NCBI GenBank assembly: GCA_973895155.1
Contig: OZ316899.1
Location: 8,926,287-8,990,286 of the forward strand
Length of the DNA: 64,000 nucleotides
Direction of reading: 5' to 3'
DNA from: Marsupella aquatica
Lineage: Eukaryota > Plantae > Marchantiophyta
A program made the translations under genes and the position numbers. Positions within the stretch are counted from its first letter, which is position 1. Each line of letters begins with the position of its first letter. A model generated the notes under the pieces. The model was not told where the DNA came from and did no database searches. It saw only the letters and a program-made list of their open reading frames with translations. Shown in pieces: positions 12,955 to 24,199 of the stretch.

Positions 12955-13700
12955 CTCTTTCACCATTGGATACTACTCCCATTGCATGGCAATATCCACC
13001 GAAGGGTATTTGTTTGTTGGATTTATTTGGTGGGATTGCTGGTTGGCCATGTCAGGGCCAATCTAGAGCTGGAGTTGGACATGGACTTCATAATCCATAA
13101 TTTGCATTGTTTTGGGAGATGTTACGGGTGTTGCGTCATCTCCAGTTGCATCAGACATAGCCTCCAGTCTACATTTTGGAGAATGTGCCACTCTTCAACG
13201 GATTGTTGCCAGTGTTCATCAGGTGAGATCTTGGATTGGACCTACTGTGTTATTGGATGTTGCATGCGTGGATTCTTGTGCACATTGTCCATGTTTGTGG
13301 TGGACTAATTTGTTACCAGGTGAGGTGTTGAAGCGAGCATTTGACAACATCCCTTGCTTGCCAGCCTTGGTAGTGGATGATATTTTGGATCCAGGGTGTG
13401 ACCCAGCCTGACAGATCTCCACTGGCCATAGTCAATGTTGTTGGGCGCCCATGTTGTGCATTACCCACTTTTGTGAGCCATTCTGCTTCATATGCTTTCA
13501 GCGCATGTGGTCCTAGACTTGCATGGGATACAGCTCTACAACAGTTAGTAGAGCCCATTGTTGATGAGAGAGAATAGGCCATGGGATTCTCCACAGGTAC
13601 AACAACTATTGCATCTATGTCAAAGAGTTCATGCCGCCAGGTCCTTGGCCAAGCCATGGATTTGAATTGTTTGACTTGGATTGTCAGCTTGGGAGTAGTA
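12955..13700 (+). pseudogene. C5 cytosine DNA methyltransferase domain (DNMT3-like) inside pol
   Basis: Manual translation: LLDLFGGI (motif I), AGWPCQG (IV, PCQ at 13047-13055), YILENV (VI, ENV at 13179-13187), LLD...S.AHCPCLWWTN (VIII, degenerate HRPR), ERE*AMGF (IX), RQVLGQAMDLN (X). Confidence 0.9.
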
Positions 13701-13939
13701 GAGTAGTTCCGGATGCGCTCTGCTAGTGTTACAGATTATCCATTGGTGAGCTTGCGGCCTACTGAGACAATAATGGCCATAGTTAGGGGCACGCAGACAA
13801 TCCATGGACCTATGGCATGATTGACCAAGGCTGGACAGATTGTTGAGCAGGAAGGGACTGCCCAAAGTATTGCTAAATAGCGATCATTGGCTATCTCTTC
13901 TACCCTACAAAAAGATATTAGGGATTTGGTGGAGAGTTG

Positions 13940-14150
13940 GGAGCCACAGATTAGCCCTAAGTTACTAGGGGAGGAGAGACGTTGCATGCATTGATTCTTA
14001 AAGAGTTACCGGAATCATTTTGCATTCAGCATGAAGGATTTGGGGACATTGAAGGGCCCTGGTATTTAGATTGAATTGGCTAGTGATGCATCAATCTTTC
14101 GTAGACCATACCGTTATAGTGACATGGAGAGAGCTTTTATTCGGAGCAAA
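13940..14150 (+). pseudogene. Reverse transcriptase N-terminus
   Basis: FAFSMKDLGTL..IELASDASIFRRPYRYSDMERAFI. Confidence 0.8.
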
Positions 14151-17100
14151 TGTGAGATGATGTTTATTTGGTAAAAGGAGAAATAAGGGAAATTTTAAAA
14201 TTTTAACCCTTGGAAACACTAACTCTTATGACCTTTTAGACCTGTTAGCTTCCTATGAGCACTTTAAGGTGCTAACCGGAAAAGTTGCTTGGTTGAGATG
14301 GCCGGTTCGACAGAAGAAAGCCGTTTTAACCTCCCCAACCCGTGGAACCGGTTTCCCTAATGATCTAAGTCCGGTCCATTCCACCGGAGGATCTCAATGC
14401 AAGGAGCGGCTTAACCATTAAACCATAAGTCTTGGATCAGCCTGTAGCCGAATCTGAGACCAAAACAGGCTGAACCGGCTTTCCTCTCCTCACACCTCTC
14501 AAGGCTGAACGAAGTAAGTCTTGAGCTCCCGAGCGAATAGTGATGCGATGACGTTGTAGTGTGAGGAATCTCTTCCGTCTGGTTGAGGGTCTTTGGTCCG
14601 GATGAGAGGACCATTCTTGATAACTCTGTGAGTGCATGGTATAGGAGAGAATTGACTTAATCGTGTAAGGGGGCAGCCTACTCCTATAGAGGGAGGGAAG
14701 GCTGGGGAAGTAAATAGGCTTCGATCTTGGAGAAGGAAGGCCAGACGTTTGAACCGGCTTCCGCTTTGAACCGGATTTCACCTTAACGAGAACCGGTTGA
14801 GCCACCATGAGGAACCAGAGACCCCAATCTGCTGAGAAGGCGAAGGCGGACACTACCCCTGTCAAAAGCGAGGTTTGACGGTCTAAGAGGAAGGATTTAC
14901 CTATTGCTTTGAAGCCTCTAAGGCCTGTACTACCAACCGGACCAGAAGAGAAGGAGAGGTTGCGGATTGATCTAGAGAGGATGGGATGCCACAACCTACT
15001 TCTGATGACCTGGGCATGGCAGAGTGAAGATGTTATCCGAGAGATGCTCACTGGAGAAGCCCCAAGTGAGTTTTCTAATACCATCAGAGCCCAACCTAAG
15101 CTTTGGACCAAAGAGGCTATTGGCAAAGCTTACCAAGTGCATACAGATGGCTCTGGTCTACTTCCTCGAGGAGAGAACCTCACCATAGAATACTTTGCAG
15201 GAAAGATGGACGAGAAAGAAGGATGGAGTGTTAATCAGTGCATAGATGGAGACTTGAGAAGGGTATTGGCTTTCCTGGTTCCCCTGTTATACCCAGAGAA
15301 ACCAAAACGAGTCATCCAGAGAGTAGGGAGCACTATCATTGCTGCCCTCTACAAGGGGAAGACTATTTCTTGGGCTACCATCCTGTATGATGTGATACAG
15401 AAGCTGGCAACTAATCTCAATGGGAAATCGGCCACCCCCTTGTCTTCCTACGTGATTCATTTGTATGCCCAAGCAGGAGTCCTGTTCAAACAGGAGAAGA
15501 ATCTTTTGGGGACAAAGAACAGTTATGTCCTTTATGGAGTCCCAGATCCAGAGATTGTTAAGGTAGAGGACACAGAAGAGGACGAAGAGGAAGCAGAGGT
15601 ACAAGTTGTTGAACCTCCCAAGCGCCGTAAGTTAACTTTAGGAGGGAATCCGGTTCAACCGGCCAGCACCTCTATTCCTACTTCCGGTTCGCTCTCAGAA
15701 TCCTCTCAGAATCATTTCTCAGTCATCCAGCGAGAGATGGAGGCAATACAAGTGAAGATGGGTATCATGGAACAGAACCTGGCCAAGATGGCTTGAGTAG
15801 CAGGTGTTCCAGTCTCAGAATTAGTAGCAAACTTTGAGCATGTAATACAGACTGCTGGCAACAAGGAGAAGGTGGAGAGAATGGAAAAGGACCTCAAGGA
15901 GAAGTCTATTAGACTCACAGATTGTGAAAACCAGCTGAAGGAGAGAAGACAAAGGAGTAAGAAGGAGGAAGAAGCCATTGAGAGTCTGAAAGATTTAGTG
16001 GATCGTTTGGACCCTTTCCTGAACACCAGAGGTAGAGATTTGGTCCAGATAGAACTCTTTCGAGAGTACTTTGTAAAAGTACCCAATCCTACTTGCCTTG
16101 CTACTGTCATTCGTATCTCTCAAGACTATGGAGATAAACTTGAGGACTGCCTGAATGCAATGAAGGAGATTTTGGGCCAAATGAATGAGTTACACCAGAT
16201 CTGGGCTAAGGATGATGGGGAGACACCAGTTCAGTATTCTCCATCCCCTCTATCAGGAGAACCTACCACTCTTGATACTACTGCTCCTGATTTCATCTCT
16301 TCCTCAGGGACCATTCCTACCACCACTCCCGGACCTTTCGATTGGACTTCCCTCATGAGCAAGTATCCTACCAACCCGGTTCCCTCTGGCAACATTGTTA
16401 CTACCTCCACAGGAGTGACCTATGTTATAGAACCCCTCCAAAGCCAAGCACCTACTCCCAATATCACTCCAGAGATTCCTGAAGAGCCAGAAATTCCTGA
16501 AGCCATAGTTAAACACCAAGACGGATGAACCGGATTCTGTAAAAACAGGTTCAACCGGAATTTATATTAAAAAGGAGGTTGAACCGGAAATTTGATTTCC
16601 GCCTTTGTTCCGACCATTTTCCATGTTTTGTAGGAAAGGAAGGAAGTGATATGACCTCCTCTTTCACACAGTATAGTTATTTTTATCTAGTTAACCTTAT
16701 TAGTTTTTACATAATGAAAAGGCATATCTTTTCATGTAGTTTTTCAAGCGGATCTCTCTTATATATAAGGGAGAGATTCTTCCTTGAACCTCAGACTTAA
16801 TATGACTTTCATGAAATTAGCTTTCAACTTTAAGTCTCCTTCTCTTTGAAGTAATTAATCAATGAGAAGTCTATTTTAGTAATCTTTGGTAATCTATGGT
16901 TTGTGATTCAATCTTAGTGTGTGATTATCCCTTACTAGAAAAAGTTGTTTGATGTGACTAGTAATGCTTGGTTGACCCGTAGGCTGACTGGAAACGCATG
17001 CTTGAGATCATGCAAAAGCCTATTGATTCATGTTGACTATAGAGCTCTTGTATTCAATAAGGAGCTGATACAAATTCACCACTAGAATTCCACAAATTGC

Positions 17101-17580
17101 ATAGATCCAAAAGAACAATCTGATGGATTGAATAAAAGAATAAGTTGGTTCGGAGTGATTAGTACCACCTTGCTTTGACATAGGTCAGAAAATCAATACG
17201 GGCTACCTTATGCTAATCTTTTATAATTTTCTAAAGATGGCTGGTTTGAAGAGGATATGTAGGCGTCAGTTTTACTACCGCTGGTCATGAGTTACTATGT
17301 AGTGATAAGGTGTATTTCCATCTATAACTCGCCTTCTATCAGTTTTCACGCCGCTGGCTTTTGGTTTTGTTTAACACTTTTTACCCCTTTTTGATTGCAC
17401 TATGGACGATACAAACGTCATACCTTTCATGGAAGTATCATAAAATTCCTTCCATAAACCTGAGCATGTTAAAAAGGCTTGTAACCTGAGTATGTTACTC
17501 AAAAGTACTCAAAGTATCATATTACAATCTTTTAGGTCTCAATAGCTCTTAACGGGAACGAATCTAGGCTATTAGGCTAT
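14151..17580 (+). mobile_element. Nested retroelement-derived insertion (accessory ORF flanked by LTR-like sequence)
   Basis: Interrupts RT; abrupt composition change; many GAACCGG/CCGGTT motifs; TATATAAGGG near 16760. Confidence 0.7.
14807..16528 (+). pseudogene. Gypsy accessory ORF, family B (helical domain, acidic linker, coiled coil)
   Basis: One reading frame with two internal stops; FLVPLLYPEKP..ISWATIL..VIHLY matches FIVPILTP.KP..INWASVL..LFHLY at 31600-31800. Confidence 0.7.
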
Positions 17581-19800
17581 TAGGATTTTGTCAGATGTTA
17601 CATTGATGATATTTTGGTCTATTCTTCCACTGTGGAAGAACATCAGCAGCACTTGCAGATTGTATTGGAGAGATTGAGAGAACATGGGTTGAAACTCCAC
17701 CATGACAAGTGTAAGTTTTTCCAAGACCAGATTGAGTACTTGGGCCACACTATATACCCAGGGGGATTGGGTGTGCAGCAGACTAAGGTTGAGGGCATTA
17801 CACAAATTCCTTGTCCTACTAATGTGAGTAGAGTTCATGCATTCTTGGGATTGGCAAGCTACTACATGAGGTACGTTAAAGGATTTAGCCAGCTTGCTAA
17901 ACCTTTAACCATACTCACTAAGTTGGATCAGGAGTGGATTTGGGGTGATGACCAAGAGCATGCCTTTCAGGAGTTGAAAGAAGATTGGCATCATCCCTAG
18001 GTATTTTGAGAAGACCCATTTCAGGGAGACCATTTCAACTACACATTGATTGGAGTGGAGCAGGACTTGGAGCAGTGCTGACTCAGAAAGATGATGAGGG
18101 GAATGAGTTTGTTGTGGCTTATGCTAGTAGATCAAACAATTTAGCAGAGGCTAAGTAAAGCTCTTATGAGAGAGAGTGTTTGGCAACAGTATGGACTGTG
18201 TCACACTTCCATTGCTACTTGTTTGGTAACCCCTTCACCTTGATCATTGATCATCAGCCTTTCAAGTGGTTAATGGAGTCTGACAAGCTTACAAGGAAGC
18301 TTGCACGATGGGCATTGTTGTTACAGGATTATGATTTCCAGGTGGTGCATAGGCCTGGAAAAGTGAACTTGGACGCAGATGGGTTGAGCCGCAATCCATG
18401 TACCAGTCAAGAGGATGAGACTGGAGCCAGATGACATGATGAATCAGATAAAGCGATGGTGCCAGGATGGCATGCATCTGCCTTCCTTTGTTGGGTTCCA
18501 ACACACAATGGATCTGGGGATTCTACTTCATTGGATGAAGTAGATGATGAGTCTACATATATGGATGTTGGTGAGGTTGTGGTTTGACAACAAGATATTC
18601 ACAACAATGAGAGAGTGTTGGAATACTTGCGCACTGGTTCAATTGGTGGCAGTGTTGATGCCAAGGAGCGTGGCAGGGTTTTGCAAAGAGCCAAGAGGTT
18701 TTGATGGGAAGGAAACCATCTTTTGAGAGTACTACGTGATGGTAAGGTATTGGTGGTACCAAAATCATTACAACAAGTACATTTGGTGCGACATGCGCAT
18801 AAGGAGTTGGATCACTTTGGTGTGAAGCGCACTTGCAATTTGTTGCAGACACAGTATTGGTGGTGTGGTATGCACACTCATGTCCAGCAACTGATAGCTA
18901 AGTGTGTGGTATGTGATCAAGTGAGGGCATCATTTAATGCTCTCATTCCCCAGTTGCATCCATTGCCGATCACGGGTTTGGGGTACAAATGGAGTTTGGA
19001 CTTTGCTGATCCATTGCCTCTCACCCAACGGCATAATTGTTATATTTTGGTTATGGTGGAGCATTTCTCCAAATAGATTGAGCTAGTGGATGAGTTGCTG
19101 CCACATTTTTGGATCGTGTACTCTGTCATTTTGGAGCACCAGCTGAGGTGTTGACTGATCAGGGAACTAAGTTCCGTGAAGAGTTTGAGAGTTTGTGCAA
19201 GCAAGCTCTGATTGATCATTGTACTACTTCTTGTGATCATCCTGAGACAAATGGATTGGCTGAGAGAGTAGTGCAAACTGTGAAGAGAGGATTGCGCAAG
19301 TATGGCTTGCAGGTTGGTCATCTGGGAGATTGGTTAGCTATGGGCTGCCATTCCAGTCGTCAAGCATCACTTGCATCCTTCTCACCTTATTTCTTGCTCT
19401 ATGGTAGAGAGCCAGATTTGCCAACAGCTATTTGTCGTGATACTACATTGATTGTGAACTTGGATAATCCCGATGTTTGGGTCAAGGTTTGTTCAGAGAG
19501 GGCAAAGATTTTTGAGAGAGTCATGCCCATGGCCTTTGACAACCTTGTCATTGCCCAACATTGTGATACTTTGCAGTATGCCACTATTTGTGGAGGAGAT
19601 TATTGTGCGAGGATTCAATAATTTCATCCTGGTGATTATGTTTATTTACAGCAGACATCACCAACTACACTTGATGTGACCACGGGTCGGACCATTTTAC
19701 GTGTGCATGAAACAGCCTTTTGGTGCCCTGATGTTGGAAGGGTGTGATGGTATGGTTTGTGATCATGTGCGCAACTATGCACCATGTCATCTTCCAAACA
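17581..19800 (+). pseudogene. pol: RT C-terminal half, RNase H and integrase of the DNMT-bearing element
   Basis: CYIDDILVYS, FLGLASYY, HIDWSGAGLGAVL, DHQPFKWL..LARWALLLQ, H-H-C-C zinc finger, WSLDFA, VLTDQGTKF, NGLAERVVQT. Confidence 0.95.
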
Positions 19801-19844
19801 TTGATGGTACGGTGGATCCAAGCTTAGCACATGTTCATGCTCAT

Positions 19845-19990
19845 TTGAAGTGTATGTTGTGTGGATCTGCTCAGAAAACAACTACTATGTTGATTTGTGA
19901 TAAGTGTTATAGAGGATGGCACATGTAGTGTTTGACACCACCATTGCAGGTGATTTCTAGTGGATCATGGTTGTGTCCTCAGTGTTGGTA
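19845..19990 (+). pseudogene. PHD finger at integrase C-terminus
   Basis: CMLC..MLICDKCYRGWHM*CLTPPL..GSWLCPQC gives Cys4-His-Cys3. Confidence 0.92.
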
Positions 19991-20159
19991 AATCCGACTA
20001 GTTATCAATGAATTGTGTTCTCTTGGAAGATATGGATTGTAGGTAGGTGATTGATGGGACTCACTTGCACCCGGCCTCCTGATCTTCACACCTAAAAAGG
20101 TGTATATCAACCTTGTAGAACTCATGGCTAGCTAGAGTTAGGGGACCTTACTCCCAGCT

Positions 20160-20769
20160 AGGGGGACAATTGTGGGTTTTGGACATGTGTGGACATGAGT
20201 TCCACTTGTATTTCATTCTCTTGTGTTTGTGATGTGGTAGTGTGACTATGTTTGGATGTATGTGACAAGCAATGTGTGTTGTGTAGCAATGTGTATGCAC
20301 ACAACAACTGTCACACCATTCTAGGTAGTCTTAGAGTGTATCGTACTATCTAGATCCGTATGTTTGGTATGTGTGCTATATGAGCCAATAAGGTTCCGTT
20401 AGGTTTTTGTGAGAGGGTAGTTATCTCTTGTGAGGCATGAAAGGTTATCTTTCAATGTTGAGCCTTGGAGAGGGGAGCTTGTGTGGTGGCTATGGTGGCT
20501 GCAAGCTCTCTCTATGTAGCATGGATTCCTTGAGTGCAAGGTGCGTTGGCTCAACATACGTGTGTGATCGGATCGGACGGGATTGAGTGCGTATTGTTGG
20601 CGTCGATCGTTGTTCAGATTCTATTGAGATTATTGTGGGTTTTGGACATGTGTGGACATGAATTCCACTTGTATTTCATTCTCTTGTGTTTGTGATGTGG
20701 TAGTGTGGCTATGTTTGGATGTATGTGACAAGTGATGCATGTTGTGTAGTGATGTGTATGCGCACAACA
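20160..20769 (+). repeat. PPT plus 3' LTR of the DNMT element, with a duplicated 136-bp LTR end
   Basis: AGGGGGACAA; 20171-20306 nearly identical to 20634-20769; TGTCACACC at 20309 and CACAACA ending at 20769. Confidence 0.85.
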
Positions 20770-21718
20770 TATAAGATCGGGAATGTGAGATGCCTGGGCT
20801 CTTTGCAATGTCAACATTCAGATTGTCTGGCTTTTACAAGTAATAATGAGCGCAATTCCATAAAATGGCAGCAAGATAGGGGTGGGAGAAATGAGGTTCC
20901 ATTTCCTGCTGGGCGACTAGTTCTAGTAGAGAGTGTGATTTGGGCGTTTTGTGATTGGCCTTCTAAGTGCATAGCGAAGTGTCCAGCCAAAATACTCTAC
21001 ATCATTCCAACCTCTCATGACCATTACATTTATAAGCACATGACACATGTTGCTATGCATGTTGGAGGTCACTCACATCCAGCCAAATTTGTTCTCAAGA
21101 AAGATCAAAAAGCTTTCTTACATAAGTTAATGGAGGAGAAATTGAAGAAGAATCCTCATGCAATATCATCTGTGATCAAGAGTGACACAATTAAAGCTCT
21201 AAGGGATATATTTGATGACAAGGTTGTTGGGATTGTCACATTTGAGGAAGTGTGGGATCTAAATAAAATATTGGCGATCCTATCAGATTGATCAGTTGTA
21301 AGATCTATGATATAGAGCATGCGCAAGTATACCCATGCCTCATCCGACCTCCAAGTCATCCTTGATCTTCGAAAAGAAACAGTGTTTTCATTTGTCCATA
21401 GCACTCTATTTCCAAACCAGAAGCTAAATATAGATGAGCGCCCACACATTTTCAAGATGACTATAAAAGGTCCAGGGTTTGGAGTTGATCTCATTCAAAG
21501 GATGCAGCCTGGTGGAGATCTACAAGACTCATGGGTGATGTTTGATGTTATGCATTGGATGACTGAGAAGCAATGGTGCACAATGTCAGCTCATGTATAC
21601 GACCACCTATACAAAGGTCTATGCACAATTTTTGTATGCAAGCTAGTTTTGGAAGATACTGTTGCACTACAAACTGCATGGAAGGTCATGAAACAAGTGT
21701 GTAAGGCAAATGGGCTAA
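20770..21718 (+). pseudogene. MULE/Mutator-like transposase fragment with GCM/WRKY-like Zn domain
   Basis: CLGSLQC..C...CIAKCPA..HVGGHSHP, then WVMFDVMH..TMSAHVYD..LED; truncated on both sides by LTRs. Confidence 0.6.
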
Positions 21719-21882
21719 TGTGTTTTGTTAATTTTATCTTTGTTTGAGATTTAAAGTTTAGAGCAAGAGCTCTAAAGTTCTCGTTAAATCATTCAATCTA
21801 CTTCCAATCTATTCTTAAAAGGGATCGAATTCCAAGTTTATAAAGATAAATTACTATTTTTTGTTCTTTCGGTCATACGACA
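21719..21882 (+). repeat. 3'-terminal fragment of the LTR family seen at 59439-61149
   Basis: Aligns with 60980-61149; ends CATACGACA. Confidence 0.8.
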
Positions 21883-23004
21883 AACCAAGCATCTTGGTAA
21901 GTGACCCCTCAAAATCTAGATCTCCCAAGTCTAGCATCCTAACTCAAACTCAATAGACGTTGGTAAATAGGTTAGCAATAGGTCCTCTCGATGCCATAAG
22001 CCGGAACCAGAACCGACACCCACTGTTTGTCCAAAATAGCTCCTTCTTGGGCGCAGCCCGGGTTCCCCCTCGTACATATTCATCACCAACTGACCACCCT
22101 GTCCCCAAGACATGTTCATGGCCCAAATAGCGTAATTTGTCCTAAAGCTTGTCCCAACACGTCGGGACCAAAATGGTCCCGACTTTAGCAACCCACTCCC
22201 GGTTCTTGCCCCACTGATGGTCTAGGTGCCAAGTGCCCTTGGAACTCAACCTCCATGACTACTTGGCCTTGCCTCCCCAATGCAAGCTCCCTTGAGAGAC
22301 TGAACGTGGCTTAGCAGCTATTTCGGCAGGGTTTGGCAACCAGGCAAGATAGCACCCATAAACCCTGAGAACCTATGGCGTCCCTAGACCCAGATGAGCT
22401 CAGGAGTATGTAGCCCTCCTTGAGAGCTTTCCAACGTACCCAAGAAGTCCCCCAACAAACTTCTCGTTGGGAAGTTATTGCCATTTCCGTTTGGCGTTTT
22501 CCCTTAGTGTCGCGACCATCGCGGCTCGCAACTTCGGCTCGCCCTTAGCCCCCAGGGAGACACCACTCCCCTCGTATATGCTTCTGGAGACCTGCCACCC
22601 CCGGATCAACTTTGGTCCCCAAATTTTGCCCCCCTACCTGGGCCCTAACCCGCATGTCTAGGCCTGCCACCAATTGGGAATGCCCATAACTTTCTAGTTA
22701 GGCGTTTGCAAGCGGAGTGCCTTAGCCCATTGTGATTGGGTCAACCCAGTGCTCATGCCTAGGCCCTCATATCTCATTGCCGTCTGGGGCCCCCGATCAG
22801 CCAAACTTGGATCAGGCCATAACTCGCGCCCCAAGCGTCCGTTGCCCATGGCATCAAGTCCATTGGCCTTGAGCCCAAGAGGAGCTCTCACTCAAGCCCT
22901 CAAAAATCCAAGTCCATCTAGGGGTCCGGACGGTTGACATTGAGCCCAACCCTTTTTCCCCTTGACCCAACCAGCTCTCATCCAATCTAAGTCCTTAGCA
23001 TCAC
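21883..23004 (-). repeat. LTR copy, same family as 10752-11845
   Basis: Long co-linear identity; minus-strand start TGTGATGC at 23004. Confidence 0.85.
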
Positions 23005-23510
23005 AAAACTGAAATTTTGTTTGTTTTGTATCTATTGGACATAAGAGTGATTGCTACAAATGGCTATGTCCAATTTATGTTTTATGCATGACACCATGCC
23101 ATCTTAATATGCTATAACAAATTCATCTATTTATATCTGTATGATGTCTCTGCAATACTGAAAGTTCATTTAATCACATTATGAAACATATGCACTTTTG
23201 ATGTAGATTTGCTATTGAGATTTTAATTTATTTGATATAAACCTTATGTTCCATCTATAATTGGTGTGTAAACTACACATATATAACTTTCATAAATTTT
23301 TGACCAAATAAGCTTAAAAAAAATGAATTCAAGAAATTTGGAGGAAATATTTACCCAAAATAAGCAGTGAAAGATTTCCACAAAATTCTCATAGAAGTTA
23401 AAGTAAGGAGAAAGGGAAAACTTTATTTCAATAAATTTTGTTCCTCTAAACCACATAGTATTTCCCAGAGTCTTACTTTGTCAGCCAATTTTGTTTGACT
23501 GTTTCTATAC

Positions 23511-24104
23511 TTGGAGACCAACCCTGTAGTTGTATATCACTCGATTTGGCAGCATGATCCCCGAGTCCGAATGCGGCTGCCTTACCATGAGGATGACCCA
23601 CCATTGAGCCTTCTGGCTCAACTCAGGCAATGGATAAATGCCCTTACATGTCGATATCCTTTCGGGTATTCACTTGCGGATCCCTGCTACTTTCAGTGGT
23701 ATTATTTTGCGCGTTCCTTAATTGAGGTAGTGGATCGATCCGAACGAGCAGGCAAGGTTGATGTGGATCTTAATGGGGAGATACAGTGCAAAGGTATGAT
23801 TATGTGGAAGCTGTTTAGCGCGCGGATGTACAATCTATTAATAGACGTCAAGTTCTTAAAGGAGGAGGACCCCATAGTTAGATGCGGAGGACCACCAACG
23901 CCAACTCGGGCATACCTCATGGTATACCAACCCAACCCTGACACTGTGGATGAAGAAATCAAGCTTGAGGACAAGTGGGATACTAATGTTTACAAAGAAT
24001 ACTACAACTGGTGGGTGATCGCGGGCGAGACGCCAGGGGAAATGGAAGAACGACCTCGGGGGGGTCATACATGGGGGGGCCATACATCGCGTGTGACGTT
24101 TTAG
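23511..24104 (+). CDS. Unknown 197-aa ORF inside the CACTA element
   Basis: Uninterrupted, aromatic-rich, higher GC than its AT-rich flanks; no recognised domain. Confidence 0.4.
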   Translation: METNPVVVYHSIWQHDPRVRMRLPYHEDDPPLSLLAQLRQWINALTCRYPFGYSLADPCYFQWYYFARSLIEVVDRSERAGKVDVDLNGEIQCKGMIMWKLFSARMYNLLIDVKFLKEEDPIVRCGGPPTPTRAYLMVYQPNPDTVDEEIKLEDKWDTNVYKEYYNWWVIAGETPGEMEERPRGGHTWGGHTSRVTF

Positions 24105-24199
24105 GGTTTGACCCCCCTAACTTATAAGTGAATTTTTTTTTTTGCAAAACCCTTTCTTTCTTTAAATTTTATCATTTTTTACTAAAAAACCCCTAAAAA

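Larger units (their letters stand above)
11850..20769 (+). mobile_element. Ty3/Gypsy retrotransposon with PR-DNMT-RT-RH-INT-PHD architecture (degenerate, 5' truncated, interrupted at about 14151-17580)
   Basis: Co-linear same-strand motifs followed by PPT and LTR; uniform TG/CA-rich composition. Confidence 0.9.

Noticed and set aside
12955-13700. Host DRM/DNMT3 gene or bacterial restriction-modification methylase
   Set aside because: Intronless, non-permuted motif order, co-linear between retroviral protease and RT; no UBA/PWWP domain or nuclease partner
17590-17602. GTTACA as the LTR 3' end of the 14151 insert
   Set aside because: Better explained as RT codons C-Y-I-D-D
19845-19990. Host PHD-protein exon
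   Set aside because: Directly continues the integrase C-terminus and precedes the PPT
10752-23004. The two related LTRs as the paired ends of one element
   Set aside because: PBS and gag lie outside the interval (below 10752), and the interior holds opposite-strand unrelated elements
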